Shown piece by piece: positions 8,974-17,832 of a stretch of 64,000 nucleotides of DNA (position 1 is the stretch's first letter; the number at the start of each line of letters is the position of its first letter). A model generated the notes under the pieces. That model saw only the letters and a list, made by a program, of their open reading frames with translations, had not been told where the DNA came from and did no database searches. The stretch comes from an uncultured Nitrospiraceae bacterium (GTDB lineage: Bacteria; Nitrospirota; Nitrospiria; Nitrospirales; Nitrospiraceae): contig CAVPLT010000004.1 in assembly GCA_963706325.1 (NCBI GenBank), forward strand, positions 352,001 to 416,000, in the 5' to 3' direction. A program made the translations under genes and the position numbers.

Positions 8974-9486
8974 TCAATGGATTACAGCAGCATTCAGTAG
9001 CGTCTGGATAGAGTCGAGATCCTGTTTTAGCGCATTCAACTCGCTGGAGAGGTAGGCCAAGGTTTGATCATTTTTCGTAGACTGGTGAACGAGGCGTACG
9101 AGCAACGCTATGCGTTCTTTCAGCGTCCGAATTGAGACAGCCAAGCCGGTCTCGAGCCCCGCTGTTCGACGCACCAACAGATCCAGCGCCGGACCGATTT
9201 CGGCTTGGTTTAGACAAAATGTCACGGGGAGATCGGCCATCGCATTCCTGGGCATATCGGGATACTCCGCCTCGGCAGGACTCTGGACGATCGTCAACCC
9301 ACCGGCCTCATGCACCGCCCGTAGCCCAACTGTGCCGTCACGCAATAAACCGGTGAGAATCACGCCAATGACGCGGTTCCCATATTCCTTGGCCGCGGAC
9401 TCGAAGAGGGCGTTAATGACAATTAAGGGAGCCGTTCCTTTCCGATAGGGAGCGAGTTGGAACTTTTGACCATCCACCAACATCAT
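8974..9486 (-). CDS. CheB-type methylesterase-domain protein, N-terminally truncated
   Basis: INALFESAA..YG.RVIGVILTG...DG..GL.AV..AGG.TIVQ.P.EAEYPDMP; no GxSxGG motif. Confidence 0.75.
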   Translation of the reverse strand: MMLVDGQKFQLAPYRKGTAPLIVINALFESAAKEYGNRVIGVILTGLLRDGTVGLRAVHEAGGLTIVQSPAEAEYPDMPRNAMADLPVTFCLNQAEIGPALDLLVRRTAGLETGLAVSIRTLKERIALLVRLVHQSTKNDQTLAYLSSELNALKQDLDSIQTLLNAAVIH

Positions 9487-9488
9487 AT

Positions 9489-11624
9489 TTAGCTGGAAAC
9501 CTCCTCTGACGGCTTGTTCTCATCCAGCACGAGTAGCACAAGCGAGCGGTCTGTCAGTAAATACTGCGCTCCCATCTTAAAGGTCTGGTCATGACGTCCC
9601 TCTGGCAGATTGGTATCAAGGAGGAGGGACCAGGCTGAAGAGCCGACATAGGGGGGAAGTGTAAACTGGACAGGCTCATGATGGCCATTGATAAGGACAA
9701 GAACCGTCACATCCTTCCCCGGCTGACGCACCCCCGTAGTCGGCGCCCGCCCGTCCAGCAGCATGCCAAAACAATGTAATGTCGTGTCGAGCCAATGTTG
9801 CTCCTCCATCGGGACGCCGCTGGCGTTGATCCACGTCACATCCCGAACGTCGGAGTTTTCGACGGGTTGTCCCGTCAAAAAGAGATTGCGCCGTAAGATC
9901 GGGTATCGGTGACGGAGTGCGACTAACTGTTGGACGAAGTGAAAGAGCATCGATCGCTTGTCCAAAAGCGTCCAATCCACCCAACTGATCTCATTGTCCT
10001 GACAATATGCATTGTTGTTGCCCTCTTGGGTACGGCCAAATTCATCCCCCGCCAGCAACATGGGGGTACCTTGGGCGAGCAGTAAGGTCGCCGCAAGGTT
10101 TCGCATTTGGCGCTCCCGCAAGGCGTTGATCCCGGCATCCTCGGTCGGCCCTTCTGCGCCACAATTCCATGAACGATTGTTTGAGGACCCGTCCTTATTG
10201 TCCTCCCCGTTCGCCTCGTTGTGTTTCTCGTTAAACGTCACAACATCATGGAGCGTAAAACCATCATGAGCCGTAATAAAGTTCACGCAGGCCCAGGGCC
10301 GTCGACCTTGATGATTAAAAACAGAAGCCGATGCGCAGAGCCGCTCGGCGAGTGTCGTCGCCGGCAATTCGCCGCGCCAAAAATCGCGCACATCATCCCG
10401 GAACTTATCGTTCCATTCGGCCCATCCCGGAGGGAAGGCCCCGACCTGATAACCGCCCGGCCCACAATCCCACGGCTCGGCGATCAGTTTCACCGTGGCG
10501 AGCACTGGGTCTTGACTACACACCTTTAAAAACCCACTTTGGGTATCAAAGCCGTTAGGCTCGCGCGCGAGGATCGTACCGAGGTCGAACCGGAACCCAT
10601 CTACGTGCATCTGTTGCACGGCATAGCGCAAGCTGTCAGTGACCAATTGAATGACGCGGGGATGGCTCAGATTGAGAGTATTACCCGTGCCCGTATCGTT
10701 AATGTAATAGCGCTTCTGCTCTGGTTGGAGACGGTAATAGCTGGCATTGTCGATACCCTTAAACGACAGCGTGGGACCAAGTTCATTGCCTTCGGCGGTG
10801 TGGTTGTACACCACGTCGAGAATGACCTCGAGGCCCGCGTCGTGCAGCCGGGCGATCATTTCCTTGCATTCTCGAACGCTGTCAGGTCGATTGGCCGCAT
10901 AGCGGGGATCCGGAGCAAAAAACCCAACACTGTTATAGCCCCAATAATTGGTGAGCCCTTTTTCCAACAGATGACTGTCGTTGATGAAGGTATGGATTGG
11001 GAGGAGTTCGACGGAGGTGACGCCTAAAGATTTCAGATATGCCAGTACTTCAGTGGTGGCCAGTCCCTCGTAAGTGCCTTGGAGATTGGGCCGCACCGCC
11101 GGATGGCGTTTGGTGAAACCCCGCACATGCATCTCATAAATAATCGTGTCATCCCACGGCACTGTCTTGCGTCCCCGAGGTCCAGACCAGTCGAAGTTCT
11201 GATCGACCACGGTGCATTTCGGCATGAAAGGCGCGCTGTCGCGTTCATCGAAGGTCTGATCATCTCCGGACTCCATGTGATACCCGAATAGAGCAGGATT
11301 CCACTGCAGCTCGCCCATATGGGCGTAGGCGTATGGATCGAGCAGTAGCTTATTGGGGTTAAAGCGATGGCCAGCCTCGGGCTCATAGGGACCATGGACG
11401 CGGTACCCATACGGCGTCCCCGGCTGAATACCAGGCAGATAGCCATGCCAAATCTGATCGGTATATTCAGGCAAGGAGATCCGTTCGACTTCTTTTTCCC
11501 CTGTCGCATCAAAGAGGCACAGTTCCACCTTTGTTGCATGAGCGGAAAAGAGGCTGAAATTAGTCCCATTGCCATCCCAGGTTGCGCCACGCGGGGTGGG
11601 ACGGCCTTCTAACGCGTCTGTCAT
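9489..11624 (-). CDS. glgX: Glycogen debranching enzyme (GH13)
   Basis: GTNFSLFS, NYWGYN, DVVYNHTAEG, VDGFRFDL, LIAEPWD, NFITAHDGFTL, GNNNAYCQDNE. Confidence 0.97.
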   Translation of the reverse strand: MTDALEGRPTPRGATWDGNGTNFSLFSAHATKVELCLFDATGEKEVERISLPEYTDQIWHGYLPGIQPGTPYGYRVHGPYEPEAGHRFNPNKLLLDPYAYAHMGELQWNPALFGYHMESGDDQTFDERDSAPFMPKCTVVDQNFDWSGPRGRKTVPWDDTIIYEMHVRGFTKRHPAVRPNLQGTYEGLATTEVLAYLKSLGVTSVELLPIHTFINDSHLLEKGLTNYWGYNSVGFFAPDPRYAANRPDSVRECKEMIARLHDAGLEVILDVVYNHTAEGNELGPTLSFKGIDNASYYRLQPEQKRYYINDTGTGNTLNLSHPRVIQLVTDSLRYAVQQMHVDGFRFDLGTILAREPNGFDTQSGFLKVCSQDPVLATVKLIAEPWDCGPGGYQVGAFPPGWAEWNDKFRDDVRDFWRGELPATTLAERLCASASVFNHQGRRPWACVNFITAHDGFTLHDVVTFNEKHNEANGEDNKDGSSNNRSWNCGAEGPTEDAGINALRERQMRNLAATLLLAQGTPMLLAGDEFGRTQEGNNNAYCQDNEISWVDWTLLDKRSMLFHFVQQLVALRHRYPILRRNLFLTGQPVENSDVRDVTWINASGVPMEEQHWLDTTLHCFGMLLDGRAPTTGVRQPGKDVTVLVLINGHHEPVQFTLPPYVGSSAWSLLLDTNLPEGRHDQTFKMGAQYLLTDRSLVLLVLDENKPSEEVSS

Positions 11625-11955
11625 TGTGACCTGCTCCTTTTGTGATCTGAACGATCAATCTGATGATCAGCCCTTAGACTTGATGGATCGGAACACATAT
11701 CTGCTCTCAATTCCGATGGTGGCCGGCCTTCACAAGGCTAGCGGTCAGCGCCGTCACAGTATAGAAAGACCCGACGTCTGCAGGCGGTGGAGCTAAATTA
11801 CCACTTGTTGATTCGGTGGCATGCTAGGCAGCCCCCTTGCGGTGGTTCCTTTCCGGTGGTAATCCATTCTCTTCTCGCACGGAAGCCACGACGCTAGTCT
11901 CTGACATACAGGTGGGTGTCTTTCGCAGCAGGGAGTCAAGGCGGTAATTCCTCGA

Positions 11956-12126
11956 TTATCTCGAGAGAAGGTATTGCAACGCTTCCGTGTCATCGGAGCT
12001 GAGGTCAAACGACTCCACTTTATTATGCTCGTTCAGCCAGACGACGTGATAGCCTGCGTCAGCGGGATCAATTCGCACGATGCGATTGACGTTGATGTAG
12101 CCCTTGCCGCGCTGAATAAATTGCAT
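11956..12126 (-). CDS. Putative small protein (56 aa), below the ORF-track length cutoff
   Basis: MQFIQRGKGYINVNRIVRIDPADAGYHVVWLNEHNKVESFDLSSDDTEALQYLLSR*; protein-like composition; co-oriented with both neighbours. Confidence 0.5.
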   Translation of the reverse strand: MQFIQRGKGYINVNRIVRIDPADAGYHVVWLNEHNKVESFDLSSDDTEALQYLLSR

Positions 12127-12214
12127 GACTTGGTTGTATGCCTGTGTGACTCTGCCGCAGGGCCGCTTCCGTCCCCTGGTGACGATGCTGGAGGCGGAAG
12201 CGGTGGCAGTCTCG

Positions 12215-12712
12215 CTACCCTCGGCCCTTAGAGGCCTTCTTTTTTGGCCCGCCCGTTGTTCCTTTGGTTAGGAGGGCTTCTTTGCGTTTCATCACCGTCG
12301 TCTCTAATTTCTCCCAGTCAATATCGCTCTTTTCAGCCTTCGGCAACATCTCGCCTTCCTCTTCCTCAATGTGGTGCTTCACCAACTCACCAAGAACCTT
12401 GAACTTGGCCTCAAATATTTCGTCGGCTGGTTTGAGTTTTTTGAGTTCTTTGATCAGAACGTGCACAAGATGGTGTTCCTCGACTGCCTCGTTCATCATA
12501 TCGTCTTCATCGATTTCTTCACGAATAGCCGGATAAATGAGCTTTTCCTCCAGCTCGGCATGGATCTCAAGTTCCATGATGGCCGTAGCTGCGATTTCTG
12601 CGGCCTCACTTCCCTCCGCCGATTCGAATTGCTCGAAGAGATCTTTCACTTTCTGATGATCCTCTTTCAACATCTCTATCACGCCCGATGCAAATGCTGC
12701 TTTGCTAGCCAT
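12215..12712 (-). CDS. Hemerythrin/HHE cation-binding domain protein
   Basis: LKEDH..V..LF, H..LEE..IYP, EEH, HHIEEEE.EMLP; RBS GGGAGG. Confidence 0.9.
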   Translation of the reverse strand: MASKAAFASGVIEMLKEDHQKVKDLFEQFESAEGSEAAEIAATAIMELEIHAELEEKLIYPAIREEIDEDDMMNEAVEEHHLVHVLIKELKKLKPADEIFEAKFKVLGELVKHHIEEEEGEMLPKAEKSDIDWEKLETTVMKRKEALLTKGTTGGPKKKASKGRG

Positions 12713-13418
12713 AGTGACCTCCCATGTATTGATATAGCGTGAATGACACGAACCCTACATACGAAGACTGCGGGTTGTTTTTTGACTTCAGCTGTAGTGA
12801 AATCCTCAGGAGGAGTGTATCGCAGGAAACGGAATGTACGAACCTGGGAAAATCCCTGGACACTTAGCAGGCGGTGGGATCAACCCGCGGAAGAACGCTT
12901 CGGCCAAGCTGCCTATCGAGGTCCAGGAAGTCGGTGGAATATTAATTATCGGAATGTCCATCTTGGGTGATTTGCGTTCACGTGCGGAGACGGATTAGGT
13001 CATATTCAGCCCTGTTCAAGTCAAAGATCATTTCTCTTATTTTTTAGAAGTTAGCGCACTCAATGGCAGTTACGCGCCCTCTCTTCATAAACCTAGTACA
13101 TCGATGTGCTGCCACCTCGTTCATGAGAAGGCAAGGACTGAAGCCATTTGATGTATGCTGGTGAGGAGTGCGATCGTAAGTTTCGGTTCAAGCGCCCGCG
13201 CGCCTGCTTATTCTCGCTTTGGCTCAGATGCTCGTACGGGCCGCCCTGGTTATGTTGAGGCGCTGCCATCGATATAATAATTGAAGCGGCCGGCCCGTAT
13301 GCGGTTTTGTATGGACTCAGTCTCCGCAGGGGACAGGCCTGAGTGAGGGTGAAGGCAAAGCGTGTTGATCAGAACCGGTAGAACATGACGGTGACCTAGT
13401 ATATCGAAAAAGGTCTGT

Positions 13419-13763
13419 TCAAGTTCCACGCACCGACCGCATCGGTCGCACGGAGGATTGTTCGTCGATTCCCAAGTCCTCTTGGCAAATTCGTGACGCG
13501 GCCGCTGACTTGATCCTGTCCATGATCCCCTTCGACACAAGTAGCTGCTTCAATTGGTCTGGAGTGGGGAGGCTATCTAGCACGACGGCGGGGCAGACCG
13601 AGAGGGTGCGCTCCACTTGATTGTTAAGAATAATCTTAAACTTCGTGTCGGCTAACGGATCTCTGAGGGGTAACACAGTTTCGACGATGTAAGGCGCTTG
13701 AAACTCGGCATCAAGAAATTCTCGGATCACCTGTGTTTTTCTTTGAGAATAATTGTCGCTCAT
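13419..13763 (-). CDS. Hypothetical protein
   Basis: 114-aa ATG ORF preceded by AAAGGA; no recognised motif. Confidence 0.55.
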   Translation of the reverse strand: MSDNYSQRKTQVIREFLDAEFQAPYIVETVLPLRDPLADTKFKIILNNQVERTLSVCPAVVLDSLPTPDQLKQLLVSKGIMDRIKSAAASRICQEDLGIDEQSSVRPMRSVRGT

Positions 13764-14074
13764 CGTGGATCGTTCCTTTTCTTTCCGCCAACCTTTCTTG
13801 ATAGTGCAGCGTTGCGGCGCACTCTGCCGAGATCGTACGCCAATCGGGGGGAATGCGGCAAGACACTACATGCCTTGGGGCAGCCGTCGCTTGTCTCCTA
13901 TCGAGGCGAGCCAACTCGCCTCAGCCCGCTCACTGCAATTGCTGCAGATCTCCCGCATGGAAGCGAGCGGCCCTTGTTCATAACCCTTCAGGGAGCAAAG
14001 GACTCTGCACTTCGAACAAATCCAGGATCCATCAGTAAGACGCATTCAGATCTCCTTTGGCGTTCCGCGATTTG

Positions 14075-15307
14075 CTACACACGGTCTCCGATGGGATCCC
14101 ATTCGTGGTCGCGTTCGACGGCGTCGATCAAACGTTCGAAAATATCGGGAATTGCGCCGGTGACTCGACTCCAATTCGAAATCATCGGTACCCCCAAGGG
14201 ATCGTCCAAAAACGTTTCGGTGGCGATCTTCATGCCCTTCAAAAATACTTCGACTGCCATCCGCTCCTCGTGTCGGTCGAACTGGAGGCTGTTGATGGCG
14301 GCATCATTTTGGTACCGGGTGATGGCCTCCTGCGCGGTCTGCAGATACGTGGCCCGCAGCGCCTTGAGGACCGCTTCCGATAACACCACGCCTTCGCTCG
14401 CAAGGTTTCGGAAGAGCGACTTGGTGATATCCACACACATTTTCTGCAAGCCCTGATCGGCATTATCCGCCGACAGAGCCTGGTGTTTGTGCTCGTAGGC
14501 GTCGGCGATATCGGCTTGGCAAATTCTTCTGAGCGCGCAGTTTCGATAGATTTCTGCGAGGACTCCGACTTCCAATCCCCAATCGCCTGGAATCCGGTTG
14601 ATCCAGGCCAAGTCCCGCACCATGGCGAACTCCCCTGCGAGGGGATAGCGGAAACTATCCAGAAATGTGAGCAATGGATGCGACCCTGCGACTTGTTGAA
14701 GACTACGGATCAATGGCGTGAGGTACAGTCGTGTCACTCGTCCATGGAGACGATTCGTGACCCGACTGTAGTACCCCTTGCAAAATTCGTAACCCAGATT
14801 GGGGTTCATGACCGGATAACAGAGCCTGGCGAGGTATTCCCGGTTGTAACTGAGTATGTCGCAGTCATGGAGCGCGATCACATTGCTTTGTCCACGCGCC
14901 AAGACGTATCCAAAGGCCATCCAACATCCGCGGCCCTTGCCCTGCAATCCTGTATCGATTTCGGCGTGGGCTAGCAGTTTAAGGATGTCCTGGATACCTG
15001 CTCCATCGTTATAGACGATCCGGACTCGCTGCGGCAGTACTGAAAAAAATTGTTTAGCCAGACGAAACTCCAGCGCCGAGGCCCGATCCAGCGAGATCAC
15101 AATCTCGTTGACGTAAGGAATGTCCTTTAAGACCTGCACGATATGCTTGAGCGCAGGATTTTCCAATTCCGAATAGAGCGATGGGAGCACCAGGGCGATG
15201 GGATTGGTCGCCGCATGCCGTTCCAGCTCTTTTTCCAACAGATCGAGGTTGGATGCACCCAGACGGTGGAGCACCGTCACAAGGCCGTTCTGATGAAAAT
15301 CCGACAT
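14075..15307 (-). CDS. gpgS: Glucosyl-3-phosphoglycerate synthase-like glycosyltransferase
   Basis: MSDFHQNG start, GKGR..W, ALHDCDI, FCKGYY.R, GRVTRL, FRYPLAGEF, DWGLEVG, YEHKHQ. Confidence 0.85.
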   Translation of the reverse strand: MSDFHQNGLVTVLHRLGASNLDLLEKELERHAATNPIALVLPSLYSELENPALKHIVQVLKDIPYVNEIVISLDRASALEFRLAKQFFSVLPQRVRIVYNDGAGIQDILKLLAHAEIDTGLQGKGRGCWMAFGYVLARGQSNVIALHDCDILSYNREYLARLCYPVMNPNLGYEFCKGYYSRVTNRLHGRVTRLYLTPLIRSLQQVAGSHPLLTFLDSFRYPLAGEFAMVRDLAWINRIPGDWGLEVGVLAEIYRNCALRRICQADIADAYEHKHQALSADNADQGLQKMCVDITKSLFRNLASEGVVLSEAVLKALRATYLQTAQEAITRYQNDAAINSLQFDRHEERMAVEVFLKGMKIATETFLDDPLGVPMISNWSRVTGAIPDIFERLIDAVERDHEWDPIGDRV

Positions 15308-15428
15308 AGTCCCTCCAGTACAGGGTTCGAGCAGATGGTGAATGACGAACGGCGGTACCTGGAGATCTCAAAGCGAGATGCGGAGGCGCCTGGCGCCGAA
15401 CGCAGAATCTGCTGAGGGAGATCCGCTT

Positions 15429-16724
15429 CTACTGAGCCGGAGGCATAGCCTTGCTGGTCACCACCGACTTGACGATCTTGGCTCGTTTGACGGATTCCAG
15501 AAAGCGGTCCGGAGGTTCCGGCTTCGGCAAGTTGACTTCCACGGAGTACCAGCCTGACTTCATCGGCCCTTTCTTGATGCCGTTCAGTTCCTGAACCAAT
15601 TCCTCGATACTCTTTTCGGTGGTGCCATCTTCGAAGGCGACCCAAAACATGAAAGCTTGACGGTCGGCTTCGCGAAGCCCCTCCGCCACCGTCGTCGGCA
15701 CGGCTGCATCTTTTGCGGTGTCGCTCTTGGCCAACACCGTAGGTTTCGGCGTGGCGTTGGCCTTGGCCACTTCCAGGGAGGTGAGTGCCAAGCGCGCATG
15801 CAATTCTCGATTGCGACTTTCCAGCAGGGCGACTTGCTTGATCAAGGTTTCATTGACCGATTTGATCGTCTGCAGATCCTGACGCACCAATTCTCGATCT
15901 GCCTCGACCGCGTTGACCGCGACACGCATGCCGTTCTGAACTTCCTGTGCCACGTCGGTCTTGACGGCATGGAGATCCTCCTGCACCGCCAGGACTTGCG
16001 TGTTCAATTTTTGTTGGGCATGGGTGACGGTATCGACGAGATTATTCAATTGCGCGATGCGTTCCTGCTCAGCACGCGAAACGGCCACAGTCGCCGTCTG
16101 CGCCTCCACCAGCTGCGCGAGCTGTTGATGCATGCGATCGATTTGTTCTTGGGTGGATTGCCGGGCTGCCAGTTCTTCCTCGAGCTGATGCGCCCGGTCG
16201 TCCGATCCCATCCAACTCGGCACCCGTTCAGCCAGCAATGCCACCACGCCCACGGCCAGCACAATCTGGGCGAACGCAGTCGTCATCGTCCAGATGGAGG
16301 CCGCGCTTCTAGATGGCTTGGATGATCCTAACGGCATGCGGATCGCAGCGGACACCTGGGACCACCAACGGGGAGCCGGTTCATACCGCATCTGGAGGGA
16401 CCCGCCGTCGAAATGGTTGTGGAGCTGAATGATTGCAGCGCCCTTACCGATCGGCACACGCACATCCTTGTGGCCGGCTTCAGGCGCAACGCACCCTCCG
16501 ACCAATACCCCCGACTCACTCCGAAGTTCCAAATGTTGGATACTTCGGTCGCGGACGGTAAGGGCAAAGGAAGGATTAGTCCGCGCGCAATTCAACGTCC
16601 CGACGCGTTCGTGATTGACGAGCACCTGGAGAAGTCCCGGGCGTTCTGCAGCCGCGTGTCTCGGCTGATCATCCAGGGCGTCAAGCAGAAGTTCGCGATA
16701 GTCGTTGAGCTCTGGTGCTTCCAT
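15429..16724 (-). CDS. Membrane-anchored coiled-coil protein; C-terminal domain resembles those of anti-sigma factors
   Basis: RBS GAGGAGG before ATG 16724; one TM helix (FAQIVLAVGVVALLA), long heptad region, C-terminal V.F...T...I..L.....GP...G.Y.V. Confidence 0.7.
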   Translation of the reverse strand: MEAPELNDYRELLLDALDDQPRHAAAERPGLLQVLVNHERVGTLNCARTNPSFALTVRDRSIQHLELRSESGVLVGGCVAPEAGHKDVRVPIGKGAAIIQLHNHFDGGSLQMRYEPAPRWWSQVSAAIRMPLGSSKPSRSAASIWTMTTAFAQIVLAVGVVALLAERVPSWMGSDDRAHQLEEELAARQSTQEQIDRMHQQLAQLVEAQTATVAVSRAEQERIAQLNNLVDTVTHAQQKLNTQVLAVQEDLHAVKTDVAQEVQNGMRVAVNAVEADRELVRQDLQTIKSVNETLIKQVALLESRNRELHARLALTSLEVAKANATPKPTVLAKSDTAKDAAVPTTVAEGLREADRQAFMFWVAFEDGTTEKSIEELVQELNGIKKGPMKSGWYSVEVNLPKPEPPDRFLESVKRAKIVKSVVTSKAMPPAQ

Positions 16725-17652
16725 GGTGCCGGCCTCCTCGACCCCCTCCAAAGAGAGCTAAAACGCCTCCCTTTTTCAGTGGATGGATATGGAGATTGAC
16801 GTGCGGCTTCAACCCGCTGCTGACATCGGTTTGCCGGCGATCTGCCACTTCCAGAAAACAATCGCGGCAGAAGGCCAAATGCCAGACGCGGTAGTCGTGG
16901 CCGTAGTCATCGTGAAATAATTGACCCCACTTCTGTTCGGACAAGCAGGGGTAATGCTCCGGTTCACTCTTTCGATAGTGCGACTGCAAGACCGGCATCA
17001 ACCGGTCGACTTCGTGGTTCAGGTGGTCGGGCCGGGTGCGTAACTCCTGGTCCAGCACCTCGATTTCAGACCCGCTCAATCCGGTTTCGTTCATCGTTCG
17101 TTGCCAGCCTGTTTGGCGCCACCGCTCGAAGTTTTTATAGACCCGCTGGCTTTCCGCCTGGCCGAAGCCGAGCAGCTTCACCACGTGGGCCTGACTGAAC
17201 CCATAGAAATGGTAGAACAGGGCTATCAAGGCGTCTCGGCTGACAACGGCCCGCGAGGCTAGGCCGTCAAGAAACCGCCCCACCGGCGTCAACAGCTCCT
17301 TGTGATAACAGAGCGGGTCCGGCTGGCTGAACGATTTAGCGATCAAACTATCCAACAGGAAGAACGGTCGACAGGGTACTTCGGTGCGACCGAGGACCAC
17401 AAACCGTTCCACCAATTCATAGCCCCATCGGAGCGCCAGCTTCTCATGCGTAATGTCGTCGCCCCATTGGTTCGTTTCACGGAGAAACCGTCTGGTTTGA
17501 CCTGTCGCCCGGTCCAACAATTCCGGCAACGATTTTGCGACCAGTTCGTCGAACTCTCGCTCGGTGGTCACGACATTGTTGAGTCTTGCCGAGAAAATCT
17601 GACCGTCTCGCATAGTCTTTCCATCGGGTAATTTCGACGACATAATGGTCAC
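16681..17652 (-). CDS. Hypothetical protein with sigma-70 region-4-like HTH and a ZAS (HxxxCxxC) zinc-binding motif
   Basis: LFYHFYGFSQAHVVKLLG...RVYKNFERWR; HYPCLS...WHLAFCRDC. Confidence 0.65.
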   Translation of the reverse strand: MTIMSSKLPDGKTMRDGQIFSARLNNVVTTEREFDELVAKSLPELLDRATGQTRRFLRETNQWGDDITHEKLALRWGYELVERFVVLGRTEVPCRPFFLLDSLIAKSFSQPDPLCYHKELLTPVGRFLDGLASRAVVSRDALIALFYHFYGFSQAHVVKLLGFGQAESQRVYKNFERWRQTGWQRTMNETGLSGSEIEVLDQELRTRPDHLNHEVDRLMPVLQSHYRKSEPEHYPCLSEQKWGQLFHDDYGHDYRVWHLAFCRDCFLEVADRRQTDVSSGLKPHVNLHIHPLKKGGVLALFGGGRGGRHHGSTRAQRLSRTSA

Positions 17653-17832
17653 ATCCCCATGAAATTACAATTCGACAAGTGCACTCGTAGAAGACCACAT
17701 TTGTCTACGGAGGGTCAATGGGGCGGGCGACCAGAAGGCAGCGCTGTAGGAGGCTAACCCAGGTCTGCCGACTGCCTTGAGGGGATGGCAACTCGGACAA
17801 GCGGAGGACAGAATTGCCCAGAACGGAACCCG

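Noticed and set aside
16681..16751. Possible programmed frameshift joining the ZAS protein to the downstream membrane protein
   Set aside because: The downstream gene has its own GAGGAGG RBS and ATG at 16724; a simple overlap explains it.
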